DNA of 63,995 nt, counting the filler, from Octopus bimaculoides (Eukaryota): assembly GCF_001194135.2 (NCBI RefSeq). It is 9 parts of 9 records of this genome, joined end to end, with 100 filler letters (N's around TTAATTAATTAA, not from the genome) between each part and the next. Parts side by side here need not be neighbours in the genome. Positions count along the whole stretch, not along the records: positions 1 to 28,591 come from NC_068988.1; 8 more parts are not named here. One strand, written 5' to 3'. A model generated the notes under the pieces. That model was not told the origin of the DNA, searched no databases, and saw only the letters and a list, made by a program, of their open reading frames with translations. The translations under genes and the position numbers were made by a program. This document shows positions 1 through 12,810 of the stretch, one piece after another (the first letter of the stretch is position 1; each line of letters begins with the position of its first letter).

Positions 1-22
1 TGCACACACATACATATATTAT

Positions 23-124
23 ACACAAGGCAGTGCTGAACATTTTCTGGCTTCAAAAATGTTACGAAACGCCTGACTGACATCTCAACCTTCCGATTTC
101 TTTTACAGGGCTTAGAAAAACTGT
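23..124 (+). mobile_element. Partial mariner-derived MITE (same family as 32484-32697)
   Basis: gtgctgaacattttctggctt...caaccttccgatttcttttacagggcttagaaaaactg aligns by eye with the 5' half of the 32484-32697 element. Confidence 0.6.
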
Positions 125-801
125 ATGTTTGGCATTTTTAGAAAATACTTGGTGATTTAATTAAATGCGCATGCAAATAAAATAACAATCTCAGATAAAC
201 TAAATGTCACTGCAGCAATTTCCAGCTACGTTTCGGTCGCGAAAAAAAGCAGCAGTAGAGTGATAGAATAATCTTGCTAGTTGTACTATTTCGCGTTGTA
301 TATTAGATTATTTTCTCACTGTAATTTGAACATTCAGAAGAAAAATGTACCAGTTTTTTTACTATATTTTTAATCTTCATTTTAACTTATTTTAAGTTTA
401 GTGCATACTGAAAGTGATTGTCTTAGAGTATGCGAAACTGTTGAGTTTACTTTGAAATCAATCTGATAAAGATACAATAAATAAGCAAAAACCGAGACAC
501 ATAAAAACAGGTCCAAAGAAATTCTGATTGATATACAATAGGCTATATTTAGATTTGTGTACATTGGTACATAAATACATACACTTCTATGCTTTATAAG
601 AAGTCGGATGGTAGTGTCATATACTTACAAACTTGAATACTTGAAGGGATATTATTGGTGTGTTGCTAGGCAGCGATTGAGGCGTTGTGCAATGAGAACA
701 CATTTTAAATATCAGGCAGAGCATATTATCAGTTAGCAATCTCGATATATTTATTTCGTCATATATCTTTTTTCAACTCAAGGTTATCGGAAAAGCTCAC
801 T

Positions 802-871
<70 letters not shown>

Positions 872-3038
872 CACACACACATATGCATATAAACATAAAT
901 AAATACACATACATATATATACATACATACATATATATATACGCATGTATGTATGTAATGTAAATATACACATATATTACCCACACTACCTCCGAATAAA
1001 CATGCTCAGAGATGCATACACACGCATGCTTGGAAATCTATATGCGTTGAATATATTCAGTTTCCTTACGCAGACAATGTGATTGCTTAATATATAATTC
1101 TGTGCTTTGAATTCTGTAATACCAGGTTAAGCATATGCAAACGTATAACAACAAGGTAACTTCAGTCACAACTATTAGTTAATGCAACTATTAGTTAATG
1201 TTTAAGATCACTGAAGCTTCAGTGAAATTACTCAATGTCCACACACTACTTTATGTTCTTAATTGGAAGTCCAGCGAGGTTAGCTTTACATTTCTTCTCT
1301 CTATGGGCCAATAAAATAAAGTACCAGTAAGGTACTAGGTTCGATAGTGTCAACAATCTCGCTAACCTCGAAACTGTTGGCGTTGTTCAACTATTCACAA
1401 TGTAGCGTATAGCTGTCACCCCCTTTTCTGCATTGTGTGCAGCCTTCGATGATTCACAGTATCATACCTAAATGGCTCTCACGGGTATCGTCTAGGTTAA
1501 GGCTGCTGTAATTCATGAAAGGGCATATATGGTTGAATCAGCATCATTTAATCTGCCTCCGCATATACTGATATAACATTTCTCATTGCTTTTCTGCTAC
1601 TGATTGTTACATAGTTGGCAAATAGTTTACAGACTGGCCAATTGTGTTTTATCGTCATTATACGGCTGGCATTTTCGTACAAGTGTAACTGACCTATTAT
1701 TTATGTTAAACAAGTTTTTGTACTTAAAACTTAATGGTAAGATTTGTCTCTTTTCATTCGGGATAAAACATGCCTATATTTTCCTGAAGGGTGGGTAAAA
1801 TAAATGATGTAACATTTCCTAAGTTTACTTCGTTGCTTTTTATACTTTGGGAATTGATTATCTCATTAAACACAATTTTAAATCTCTAGCTAATGAATTT
1901 ACCGTGCACGTTGTGATCACATAAGAGTAACATTGTGCATTGTGCATATCCTAATCTAGTCGAGCGAGAGAAAGGGAGAGAGAGAGAGAGATGGGAGAGA
2001 AAAAGGGACAGGGAAAGAGAGTTAAACATTTGGAGTTAAAAGCATAGTGATATATTGAACCGAACGCAAATGACAAAGCGAAACAATCAATTTACTTTAA
2101 CATCAGCTTCCGCTCTTTGGTTTGACGTATATTTTGTGACAAAAATATTTTACTGTGTTTATTGATTAAGAAGCTTTTATTGAAATATAATTTGTCTTTT
2201 ATATTTATCTGGCGTCTGTGCTCGAAATAAACAACAATATTATCGGACTGTGATAATTTTATTTGTAAAAAGAAATCGATAATTACGGTGCGTACAGAAT
2301 CTCTTAAGAATTATTCCTCAATATTTGAAATCACGGGATCAATTAGGAATGATTGCGCTGTCTGAAAAAGCTGTTTTATAGCTCTATTTACTTGATGTCA
2401 GACAGATACCGCTTCCAATAGCGAGAGGCGCACTGAAATATTTGCTCGTGATTATTTCCAGAATTTTAGAATATTTTCAAAACAAGTTGTAGAAATTCTA
2501 AAAGAATTCTTCTGAAATCGAATTTATGATAGATATTTTAAACTCTTAGAAAGAATCCTCGAAAGAGAAAGAAATATTAAATGATAAATGTTTCTATAAA
2601 ACAGACCGACGTATAGAGATAAACATCAGCAAACGTAAAATTCTGCATCCAACTGCAAAAACAAATCTGAAAATTGTCGTCAGAGAAAGAAGACTGCTGG
2701 AATCGCTAGCTTTTGATGCGCACTAACGCAGCTTGGAAAATATTATATTATTTATCTTTTTGTGGAGAGGAACAGCCCTTTATTTGGAAGCCTTTTCTAC
2801 TTGAAACAGGGTATAAACAGAAGAATATGAGAATAAGGTACTGCTAAACAAGGTACTGCTAAAACTGAAGCTCTCACTACTTTTGGGTTACAGTTGTTGA
2901 TTAAGATGGAACATACAGTCATATTTCACACATATACATTTAGGTAGAGTGGGTGATTGAGAACTGAGTACTTAAGTACATGCATACACACACTCACACA
3001 CTCATACACGCGTATATATACATATAGATATAAATTTA

Positions 3039-3095
<57 letters not shown>

Positions 3096-3339
3096 TTTAT
3101 AAATATATACACACATATATTTATATATATATATACACACACACACACGGCGTAGCGTCCAAGTAATACATTTTCCAGCCTCTCACATCCATCACCTACA
3201 ATGATTTACAAACAAAAATGTTTATGAGATATATTTAACATCTTTTCCATAAGCAAACACTTGATAGTCCTCATCCCCCCAGTGATGCCTCTCAGTCTTC
3301 GATTACAATGCAGATTACGACATGAAGCCTCAAACGTTA

Positions 3340-3500
3340 GCAACAGACTCCTCGCTGCAATGAAAATGTGTCATGTTTTCCCACTTTCATGGCGCTAAGT
3401 ATTTCAAGCAGTTCATCTGGCTGAGCTGGTCTTTCGCACGCCGACCCGTCCCATTCGTCTCCTTGGCTATCATCGACACCCTGTAATTCCTTGCCGACCC
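3340..3500 (-). mobile_element. Decayed LINE fragment, pre-RT region
   Basis: Translation PAQPDELLEILSAMKVGK resembles the LINE 'EEV..AL..MK.GKAPG' motif; short and isolated. Confidence 0.3.
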
Positions 3501-3775
3501 TTAGTGGGGTCCCAGTACCCCATTTAGCGACCGCTGCATTAGACAAACAATTAATATAGTAGCCGATAAAATACGAAGCGGGTAAAAAACGTAGCTTAAA
3601 TTTTCTATATATAGTACACAAGTTGGAAAATGGGAAGTTATTATCAATGCATTTAGAACTCATGAAATCCAGGCTAACTTATTTGTTCTAGTTATTTGTG
3701 CAGCTATTTCTTAGCAGAACGTCACACAAGTTCAAAATTTTGCTTCATTCTGCGTTATAATATTGGCAGATTTTG

Positions 3776-3998
3776 TAAGCCGGCGCGCTGGCAGAAACGT
3801 TAGCACGCCGGGCGAAATGCATAACGTTATTTCGTCGCTCTTTATGCTCTGAGTTGAAATTCCACCGAGGTCGACTTTGTCTTTCATCCTTTCGGGGTCG
3901 ATAAATTAAGCACTAGTTGCGCACTGGGATCGATCTAATCGATCTAATCGACTGTCCCACTCGCTAAAAATTTCGGGCTTTGTGCCAAGAGTAGAGAG
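3776..3998 (+). mobile_element. SINE family A (tRNA-type head, Deu/Nin-like core)
   Basis: ggc.cgctggcagaaacgttagcacgccgggcgaaatgc...ctgagttgaaattccaccgaggtcgactttgtctttcatcctttcggggtcgataaattaag; recurs more than 15 times in the window. Confidence 0.85.
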
Positions 3999-4156
3999 AA
4001 ATATTGACAGATTTTGTTCAGGCTAGACATTTTTGGTTGCTTTATATATTTGTACCTACACACATCACGGATGCATGCTGTCAAGAAACATAAATCAAAC
4101 AGATTTCTTTGCATGTTTATCAACGCGTGTAATAAACTTCGCGAAATGTTATATAT

Positions 4157-4231
<75 letters not shown>

Positions 4232-4375
4232 TACATATATATATATATATAAATATGTATATATATATATGCATATATGTATATATCTATATCTATATAA
4301 ATATATATGTATGTATCTATATATATGTATATATGTGTGTTTATATATGTACATATATATGTGTGTGTGTATATA

Positions 4376-4458
<83 letters not shown>

Positions 4459-4487
4459 NNNNNNNNNNNNNNNNNNNNNNNNNNNNN

Positions 4488-4550
<63 letters not shown>

Positions 4551-5119
4551 TTATATAAGTATATACATGTATATATACACATATATATGTGTATATATAC
4601 ATATATATATATGCACATGTGTGTGTGTGTTTGTGTGTGTTTGTGTGTGCGCGCGTGCGTGTACGTGTACGTATACAGTTATTTAACGATAGAAATCCAA
4701 ATAGCTAAAACTCTAGATAAAGCTGTAGTGTTTAAATAGTAAAATTAAAAACGATGGACAGCAACTGGCCAATGACAGAGCATCTCCAATATTTAGAGAT
4801 GTAGGTTCGGTACCCAATAATACGACATCGTTCAAAAGAGTGGGGTTTAATACAATATTTACAAACAGACTGAAGGAACGCATCTCCGATAACGGACAGA
4901 GTCAACATCCATTGACAAGTTTGCAAAAGCAACGGAAATTTTGGAAAGAAAAGAAACATAAATTATAAGTGAGTGGAGATTAAACCGGTGAGTTCTAGAT
5001 TTTCAGGCAATATGATTCTCCCCACAGACAACATTATTATTAATAGCTTTATCGAGTTCCGTCGTTAAAGAACACACACACAAACACAAACATGCACGAC
5101 GCACGCACACATGCACACA

Positions 5120-5157
<38 letters not shown>

Positions 5158-5968
5158 NNNNNNNNNNNNNNNNNNNNNNNNNNNNNNNNNNNNNNNNNNN
5201 NNNNNNNNNNNNNNNNNNNNNNNNNNNNNNNNNNNNNNNNNNNNNNNNNNNNNNNNNNNNNNNNNNNNNNNNNNNNNNNNNNNNNNNNNNNNNNNNNNNN
5301 NNNNNNNNNNNNNNNNNNNNNNNNNNNNNNNNNNNNNNNNNNNNNNNNNNNNNNNNNNNNNNNNNNNNNNNNNNNNNNNNNNNNNNNNNNNNNNNNNNNN
5401 NNNNNNNNNNNNNNNNNNNNNNNNNNNNNNNNNNNNNNNNNNNNNNNNNNNNNNNNNNNNNNNNNNNNNNNNNNNNNNNNNNNNNNNNNNNNNNNNNNNN
5501 NNNNNNNNNNNNNNNNNNNNNNNNNNNNNNNNNNNNNNNNNNNNNNNNNNNNNNNNNNNNNNNNNNNNNNNNNNNNNNNNNNNNNNNNNNNNNNNNNNNN
5601 NNNNNNNNNNNNNNNNNNNNNNNNNNNNNNNNNNNNNNNNNNNNNNNNNNNNNNNNNNNNNNNNNNNNNNNNNNNNNNNNNNNNNNNNNNNNNNNNNNNN
5701 NNNNNNNNNNNNNNNNNNNNNNNNNNNNNNNNNNNNNNNNNNNNNNNNNNNNNNNNNNNNNNNNNNNNNNNNNNNNNNNNNNNNNNNNNNNNNNNNNNNN
5801 NNNNNNNNNNNNNNNNNNNNNNNNNNNNNNNNNNNNNNNNNNNNNNNNNNNNNNNNNNNNNNNNNNNNNNNNNNNNNNNNNNNNNNNNNNNNNNNNNNNN
5901 NNNNNNNNNNNNNNNNNNNNNNNNNNNNNNNNNNNNNNNNNNNNNNNNNNNNNNNNNNNNNNNNNNNN

Positions 5969-7015
5969 GTGTGTTTGTGTGTATGTGTATGTTGTGTATA
6001 TGTGCGTTGCTGTGTACGTGTGTGTACGCGCGTTTGCTATTGTATGTGCGTGTGTTGTTTATGCCCATGTGTGTGTGATTGTATGCGTGTCTGTGTGAGT
6101 GTGTAGTGTTGGTGAGAAGTGTGTGTGCGTGTGTGTGTGGGATTGTGAGTGTTAGGTACGGGTGTGTGTGTGTTATGTGTGTCTGTATGTGTGTTTCCGT
6201 TTGCGTGCGTGTGCGCGTGTGTGTATATTTTTTGTGCGTGCGTGTATGTGTATATTGTGTATGCTTTCGTGCCTGCGTGTGTGTTATGTATGTGAGTGAG
6301 TATTGTGTATGTCAGAGCTGTGTGTGCGTGTGTGCATGTGTGTATGTGTGTTTGTGTGCATGTGTGTATATGTGTATGTATGTTGTATGTGTGTGTGTGT
6401 GTGGTTTTGTGTATGTGAGAGGTGTGTATGTGTGTGTTTATGTGTGTGCGTGCGTATGTGTGTGAGAGCGTAAGGCTGTGTGCCAGGTATGTGTGTTATT
6501 TTGTGTGTGCACTCCTGTGTGTATGTATGTGCATGTGTATGCGGCTGTGTATGTAGGCGTGCGCGTATATATGGGTGTGTGTGTGTGTATATGTGCGTTC
6601 GTCTATATGTGTGTGTGAGGGCGCGCATGTATGTTTGTCATGTACGTGGGCGGTATATATGTAAGGAGTGTGGGAGGTGTGTGTGTAGGTGTATGGGAGG
6701 TATGTGTGAATGGGGGTATGTATTGGTTGTCAGGTGTGTGGGAGGTATTTGTGAATGGGGGTATATATGGGTTATGTGTGCAAGGGTGTGCATGCTTGGG
6801 TGTGTGTGTATGTTTGCGTGATTGTTAGCGTGTGTGTGTATGCGCAAGTGTGCGTGTGTATGTGCGTTTGTATAAGTGTGTGTGGGCGAGTCTGAGCGTG
6901 TGAGTGCATGCATATGTGTCGTGTGTGTGTGGTGTGTTGGGGGGTAGGTGTGCTTACATGTGTGTATGGGTGCGTGTATTTTTTGTGTGTGGGTATGTGT
7001 GCGTGTAGGAAGGGG
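5969..7015. repeat. ~1 kb degenerate (GT)n/(GTAT)n low-complexity tract
   Basis: Direct reading; explains the ORFs at 6079-7132. Confidence 0.9.
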
Positions 7016-7139
7016 TGAGATAAAAAGTGGAAAAATGTAGTGAGTGTAATAACAAGAGAATAATGGATATAATGTAAAGGCGACGAGGGAGGGGTAAAAA
7101 AAAAGAAATAAAGAACATTTGATTATCAGCAATTCATTG

Positions 7140-7480
7140 TTTGTGATAATCAGACTAAGTATAAAAGAATTTCAATACCTTAGCTAGAACACAAACCACA
7201 ACTACTCTACCACCCTTATAACAAAAAGCAGTTCGAATGATACACCATGAAATCGAACATTTAATGTTATCATTTCTCAAGTCATATAATTAGCTTATCC
7301 AAAGGTGTGTTATGTAATTTCTTCTTGATTTGATTTTGTTTACAAAGTGTTGCATAGACGTAAAGGGGAGAGGGTTGCGTTGAGTCCGTCCGAAGGGGAA
7401 AGAAGAATTAAGGTTAAAAATATAGCGTTGCTCCAAGTGGAGTCGCGAGGGAGTGGACCCATGGTGCAGGGGGAGGCCAA
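7140..7480 (-). mobile_element. PLE 3' end (GIY-YIG C-terminus plus downstream sequence)
   Basis: Minus-strand translation SRLHLEQRYIFNLNSSFPFG(fs)LN matches the PLE endonuclease end R..E...I..L....P.GLN. Confidence 0.6.
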
Positions 7481-7633
7481 TATATACATATATATATATA
7501 TAATATTAGGGACAAAATCCAAAATTACAGGTAAAATCTCAATTAAAATCAATTTATAAAAAATTAAAATTAAATTGAGCTTTATAGATAAAATACATAT
7601 AAAAAATATATAGTTTTAGGGAAAATAACCAAG

Positions 7634-7856
7634 TTTCAAGAACTCATCGATGAAAATCCACTATCACATATAGAAAAATTAATAATCAAAAGCGCAATAA
7701 ATGAGTATAATAAAAAACTAAGTAAATATCATAAGATAAAGATAATATCTTTATCTTATGATATTTACTTTGTTTTATATTATACTCATTTATTGTGCTT
7801 TTAATTATTAATTTTTCTGTATGTGATAGTGGATCTTAATCGATGAGTTCTTGAAA
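7634..7856. repeat. 223-bp palindrome (111-bp arms, 1-nt centre at 7745)
   Basis: tttcaagaactcatcgat...aagata A tatctt...atcgatgagttcttgaaa; 7 mismatches by my count, no indels. Confidence 0.95.
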
Positions 7857-7875
7857 AACCGAAAAACCGAAGATA

Positions 7876-8364
7876 ATGAATCTCTCAACCAAACCTCTCT
7901 CAAGCATAAAAATAGACATCCTCTCAAAAGGGCTAAAATTCACCCCAGCTCCACGCAGAGCCAACCAAAAGGAAGTGAAGGACAGTATAACAGAATTCTG
8001 TAGAAAATTAAGACTCACAGAAGCATTAACCAATCACAACACTGAAGATGACTCACTAGTCAAAAACAAAAGTGAGCACATCACACACAAAGGTAGAAAT
8101 AAAAATCTAGATGAATTCTGCAACGACATCGAGAACTTCCCTTACCACACCATGCATAAACAGACAGGTAACTCAAACGTTAACACTACACAATGGAAGG
8201 AACTAATAGAACTCCAAAATAATGAAGATATTACGATTAAGGAAGCAGATAAAGGAAGTGCAGTTGTAATAATGGACACATTATACTATAGAAACCTAGT
8301 AATCTCCATGCTGGATGACAATCAACGTTATGAAAAAGTCACAAACTACACCCCATTTCTCTAG
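7876..8364 (+). pseudogene. PLE polyprotein N-terminal fragment (162 aa)
   Basis: MNLSTKPLS...LSKGLKFTPAP...DDSLVKNKS...GRNKNLD...IKEADKGSAVVIMDTLYY. Confidence 0.85.
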
Positions 8365-8693
8365 GAACAGACAAACTTCCTGTTGAAAAAGAGTTCATAA
8401 CTCCAACTAAAAACATTTGTCTCCCCTTACACACACTTCCTGGTTTGACACCACATTTCCTGCTTAACTGACAACTAAAAAAATTTGTCTCCCCTTACAC
8501 ACACTTCCTGTTTTGACACCACATTTCCTGCTTAACACAAACTTTTAGCCCTTTTTTTAAACCTAACAAAACTCTCAACTCTCATGCATCCTTATTTTTC
8601 CTACCATTATATACATGAACTACTATTGAACTTCATAAGCTCAAATACAATATAATGTATGGGTATATGTAAAAAACATTTTCATTCTCCTTC

Positions 8694-8732
8694 TTCTTGA
8701 TAATTTGCTTCCGCAATGAAAACCGGTTAGAA
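8694..8732 (+). ncRNA. Candidate minimal type-I hammerhead ribozyme, U3-A8 variant
   Basis: TTC-TTGATAA-T-TTGC(TTCC)GCAA-T-GAA-AACCGGTT-A-GAA: core, stem II, palindromic stem III, UUA triplet, 3-bp stem I; lies at the 3' end of a PLE. Confidence 0.55.
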
Positions 8733-8786
8733 ATCTTTATTAAAATATGCTTCCAGTTTAGCATTCTGCCTTTTTTTTCATTTTCC

Positions 8787-8818
<32 letters not shown>

Positions 8819-9104
8819 CATATATATATTCATGCATGTGTGTGTGTTTGTAACGAAGAAAAGTATGGATGATCAACATTGCTAGAAAGATATATTGTAT
8901 TTTAATAGTAGAGTGGTGTCAATACAATAACAACTCTTTTATAGAATGTATTCATAGTTGCATTCATGCGAATGCAATCGTTGTTTGAATGATTGTAACA
9001 AGTCAGCCATTTTATTTGACGTGAGAGCAATATGAGGTTTTTGGAGATCATTGCTGATACGAATAAAAGAGGCTAGATATGTTTGTGTGCGTATGCGTGC
9101 GTTT

Positions 9105-9151
<47 letters not shown>

Positions 9152-10214
9152 TGTGTGTGTGTCTGCGTGCATGTGCGCACGCGCAGTGTGTAAGCATGTG
9201 TGTGTTAATGACTTCGTTAGTAGCTTTGTGTTGATGATAATCATATAAACTACTTTATATAGAATAGTTTATCACAAGTAAAGAAGCAAAAAAAAAAAAA
9301 AAGAAAGATTTCTAATATGATCATTCCTTTATAAATTTGATAGGATCGAAGAAAAATAAAGATTCTTTCTCAGACGTTCTGTTATAGTTTGCGAACAAAT
9401 CTAGGTAATTGTAAACTAATATATTATTCACTTGGCTGTTTCTTCTCATCTGCATAATAATTTTTATTCGAGTCAAGGGTATATTATATAGCAAAAATGT
9501 GTTAATATAATATCATTTTTTCTCGTATATGATGAACTTTATTTGCCAGTGACATGAAAGTGTCGAACGCAAAGCCGAAACAGCTACAATTTCAACGCTG
9601 AACCAACAGACAAGCAATATTATAAATCATTTGAAGCAATGTAGTCTATCTCTACAATATTTCTAAGATCCTTATTCATATAATATTTTTTAGTCATATC
9701 TTTAGTATATCAACAGGTGTTTGGCGGAGTTTCGTAAATGTTTATCTCCGTTTCTCTTATTCAATTATGACGATGTCACTAGGAAAAAAGAAATCTTGCA
9801 AAAACCGATTATTTCATAGTATAAAAACATCAACCGCATCTACAAATTATATCAGTGAGTACCTATTGTATATCTGTTATTACACACTTTCACAGGCGCA
9901 ATAAAGCTGTTTTCTTGATGTTTATGCTACAGTTGCCATTTTTGTTGTCATCGTCTGTTATTAGTTCTCGTATTTCGCAAAATAATTAAAATTCGATTTC
10001 AGTATCAAATTACTAAGTATATAATATATATGCAAAAATTACTACTCAGACATTAAAACTAAATTTCACAATGTGAAGTAATTGTAATTTATCATCAGGT
10101 TCGAGAGAAAATTGCACTAATTTCTACAGTAATAAATTAGTAGATAGAAAATTATGTGAATAAATGTTATACGTAATTTGAGCACAGGGACAAAAATCTT
10201 GTGTTAGGGTAAGT

Positions 10215-10350
10215 CGGTTAAACCATCTCCAGTAATTAACCCTGAGAGAAATGAAAAGCAAACTTGATCTCTGATCTCAGAACGTAAAGTAACAGAAATG
10301 CCGCCAAGCACTTTATCCGAGAGGCTAACGATACTGCCAGCTTGTCGCCT
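10215..10350 (-). mobile_element. SINE family A, diverged
   Basis: tcagaacgtaaagtaacagaaatgccgccaagcactttatccgagaggctaacgatactgccagct = reverse complement of the SINE A head. Confidence 0.7.
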
Positions 10351-11119
10351 TGTACAAATAACTGTAATAAAAATAACAGCAAGGGTTTCTGATTCACGCT
10401 CCATGACCTCAGTTTGATGAGAAATGGTTAGTCCATACGATCGAGCCTAATACTTAACTGAGCCTTTCTTTTATTTACCTCAAAACGATGAAAGGCATAG
10501 TTGATTTCAGGGAGATAGTTGATGTACGTAGCAGAATGCACCAACATGACACTTGATTTATGTTTGTTGCACAAAAAGCAATTGAATAAAAAATTCATTG
10601 GTCATAGCTATGACGTCATGCACAATAACAAAAGTCCGACGGAATTTCACAAACATTTTACATCAAACGGTTGCATTTTTCAGGAATACCTTAAAGCACA
10701 AATTCTCAGAAAATATTCTGACTCTACTGTACTTTCAATCCTCAAACACATGGGAATAAATATATATTTATGAATTACTAACTTCATACCCTGGAGGAAT
10801 GAACAAAATAACAAACTATTTTCATCACATTTACACAAAACGTCTTGACTAAGTGTTCTTTTCTGTTTTCTTTTTTCTTTCTTTTTCTTTGTCATTGGGA
10901 CATGATGTGCAGCGACACGTTTTCTAGCGCCGACCTTTCTGCATCAGCTGCAAATCCAGGTATCGTCGAGCGTAACGCCGAGGTGGTAAAAATAAATAAA
11001 TACGTGAAATTTGGTGTTGAGAGCTCCGATGTTCTCGGACCACGCGTCACTTTGATGGCGTGTGCAGCTCTTTCATCCAATAACAGTTATGATAATCCTT
11101 TCAAGCGCTGGGGGTGGGG

Positions 11120-11296
11120 GGAGGATTAAATCGATTACATTGACCCCAGTACTCCAGTGGAACTTAGTTTATCGTTCACAAAAGGATAAAAGGCAACGTC
11201 GACCGCGGCGGAATTTGAACGCAGGACGTAAACACGGATGAAATGCTGCTAAGCAATTTTCCCAGCGTGCTAACGATTCTGCCAGCTCACCACCTT
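11120..11296 (-). mobile_element. SINE family A
   Basis: gtcgaccgcggcggaatttgaacgcaggacgtaa...gctaacgattctgccagctcaccacctt. Confidence 0.85.
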
Positions 11297-11339
11297 AATA
11301 ATAATGATGATGATGATGGTGATGAGGATTATGATGATA

Positions 11340-11883
11340 CAGTACCAGGCAGTGGCTCTTAGGGTTTCTGATCTTAACTGACTGGAAATGTTATTATGTA
11401 GATTTGTTTTCGTATAAGAGATGGGTTACAGCAAATATTCTGCTCAATACCACAGATTTGCTTGTCAGTTGCTTGACCTTAACCATTGGAGCATGTCCTT
11501 TTGTGGCTGACGATATGTGCACCTCTGATCACGAGCAGAAGTAGTGGGGGAGCATCATAGCCATGTGTTGAAAGGAATTCTTAGGAGTTTCGATAATTCA
11601 CCTTTGGAAACATGGGTGCGTCGTTCAACATCCTTAAACTAACCCCAATTCAGGGACCTTTTGAGTGGGATGGCCTACTCACACTGAAGAGAATTTTAAC
11701 TGGGCCCCCACCTGCAAGGTCGTGCACTGTTTATCTTGATATGATATCAGGATGTCGCGCACATCTGCTTGTGATGCATGTGCCTGGTTTACCCTTATCA
11801 GATGGGTAGTCATGGTGGGTATAGTGGGCTTCATATATTTTACTCCAGTGTCACTGTGATGGCATACACTGCTCTCTCACTCA
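11340..11883 (+). mobile_element. Non-coding TAA-tailed interspersed element (family T)
   Basis: Ends ...gtgtcactgtgatggcatacactgctctctcactc(AAT)n; related copies at 12070-12470, 47343-47440 and 56166-56275. Confidence 0.75.
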
Positions 11884-11898
11884 ATAATAATAATAATG

Positions 11899-11956
<58 letters not shown>

Positions 11957-11966
11957 NNNNNNNNNN

Positions 11967-12470
<504 letters not shown>

Positions 12471-12589
12471 GCTCAAGCGTCATTTTGGTGGTAAGCACGA
12501 ACACTAACTCAGCGGATTTAATGCCGCTATACATTTTGTCCCACGTGCTGCCGGTCTGCCAGCTGATCACTTTCATAATAAACCCTTCC

Positions 12590-12810
12590 AATATAGGGAC
12601 AAAGTCTGAAATGCGTGTGTGATGGTGGGGAGTGTTCTTCATTAAATGAGATACAATACTCAACTGATAAGTATTTTATTGACATCGAAAGTAATAAAAA
12701 AAACAAGCAAAATCAATATCGGCAGAATTTGAACTCAGGACATAATAGCAGACGAAATACCGCTTAGCATTTTGTCTGGTGTGTTAACGATTCTGCCAGC
12801 GCGCTGCCTT
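12590..12810 (-). mobile_element. SINE family A, diverged
   Basis: ggcagaatttgaactcaggacataatagcagacgaaataccgcttagcatttt...ttaacgattctgccagcgcgctgcctt. Confidence 0.8.

Larger units (their letters stand above)
7505..8780 (+). mobile_element. Internally deleted Penelope-like element with inverted 5' pLTR
   Basis: Hairpin 7634-7856; ORF 7876-8364 with NLS..LSKGLKFTP, FCRKLRL, IKEADKGSAVVIMD (PLE RT N-terminal region); jumps to an EKEFIT endonuclease-end remnant and a pLTR with a hammerhead-like motif. Confidence 0.8.

Noticed and set aside
3944-6828. Long ORFs rich in H/T/Y/I/C/V
   Set aside because: Translations of (CA)n/(TA)n/(GT)n microsatellites and N gaps; the same applies to most ORFs at 16.6-20.5 kb and 37-57 kb.
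10204-10404. 66-aa ORF with natural-looking sequence
   Set aside because: Largely overlaps a diverged SINE A copy.
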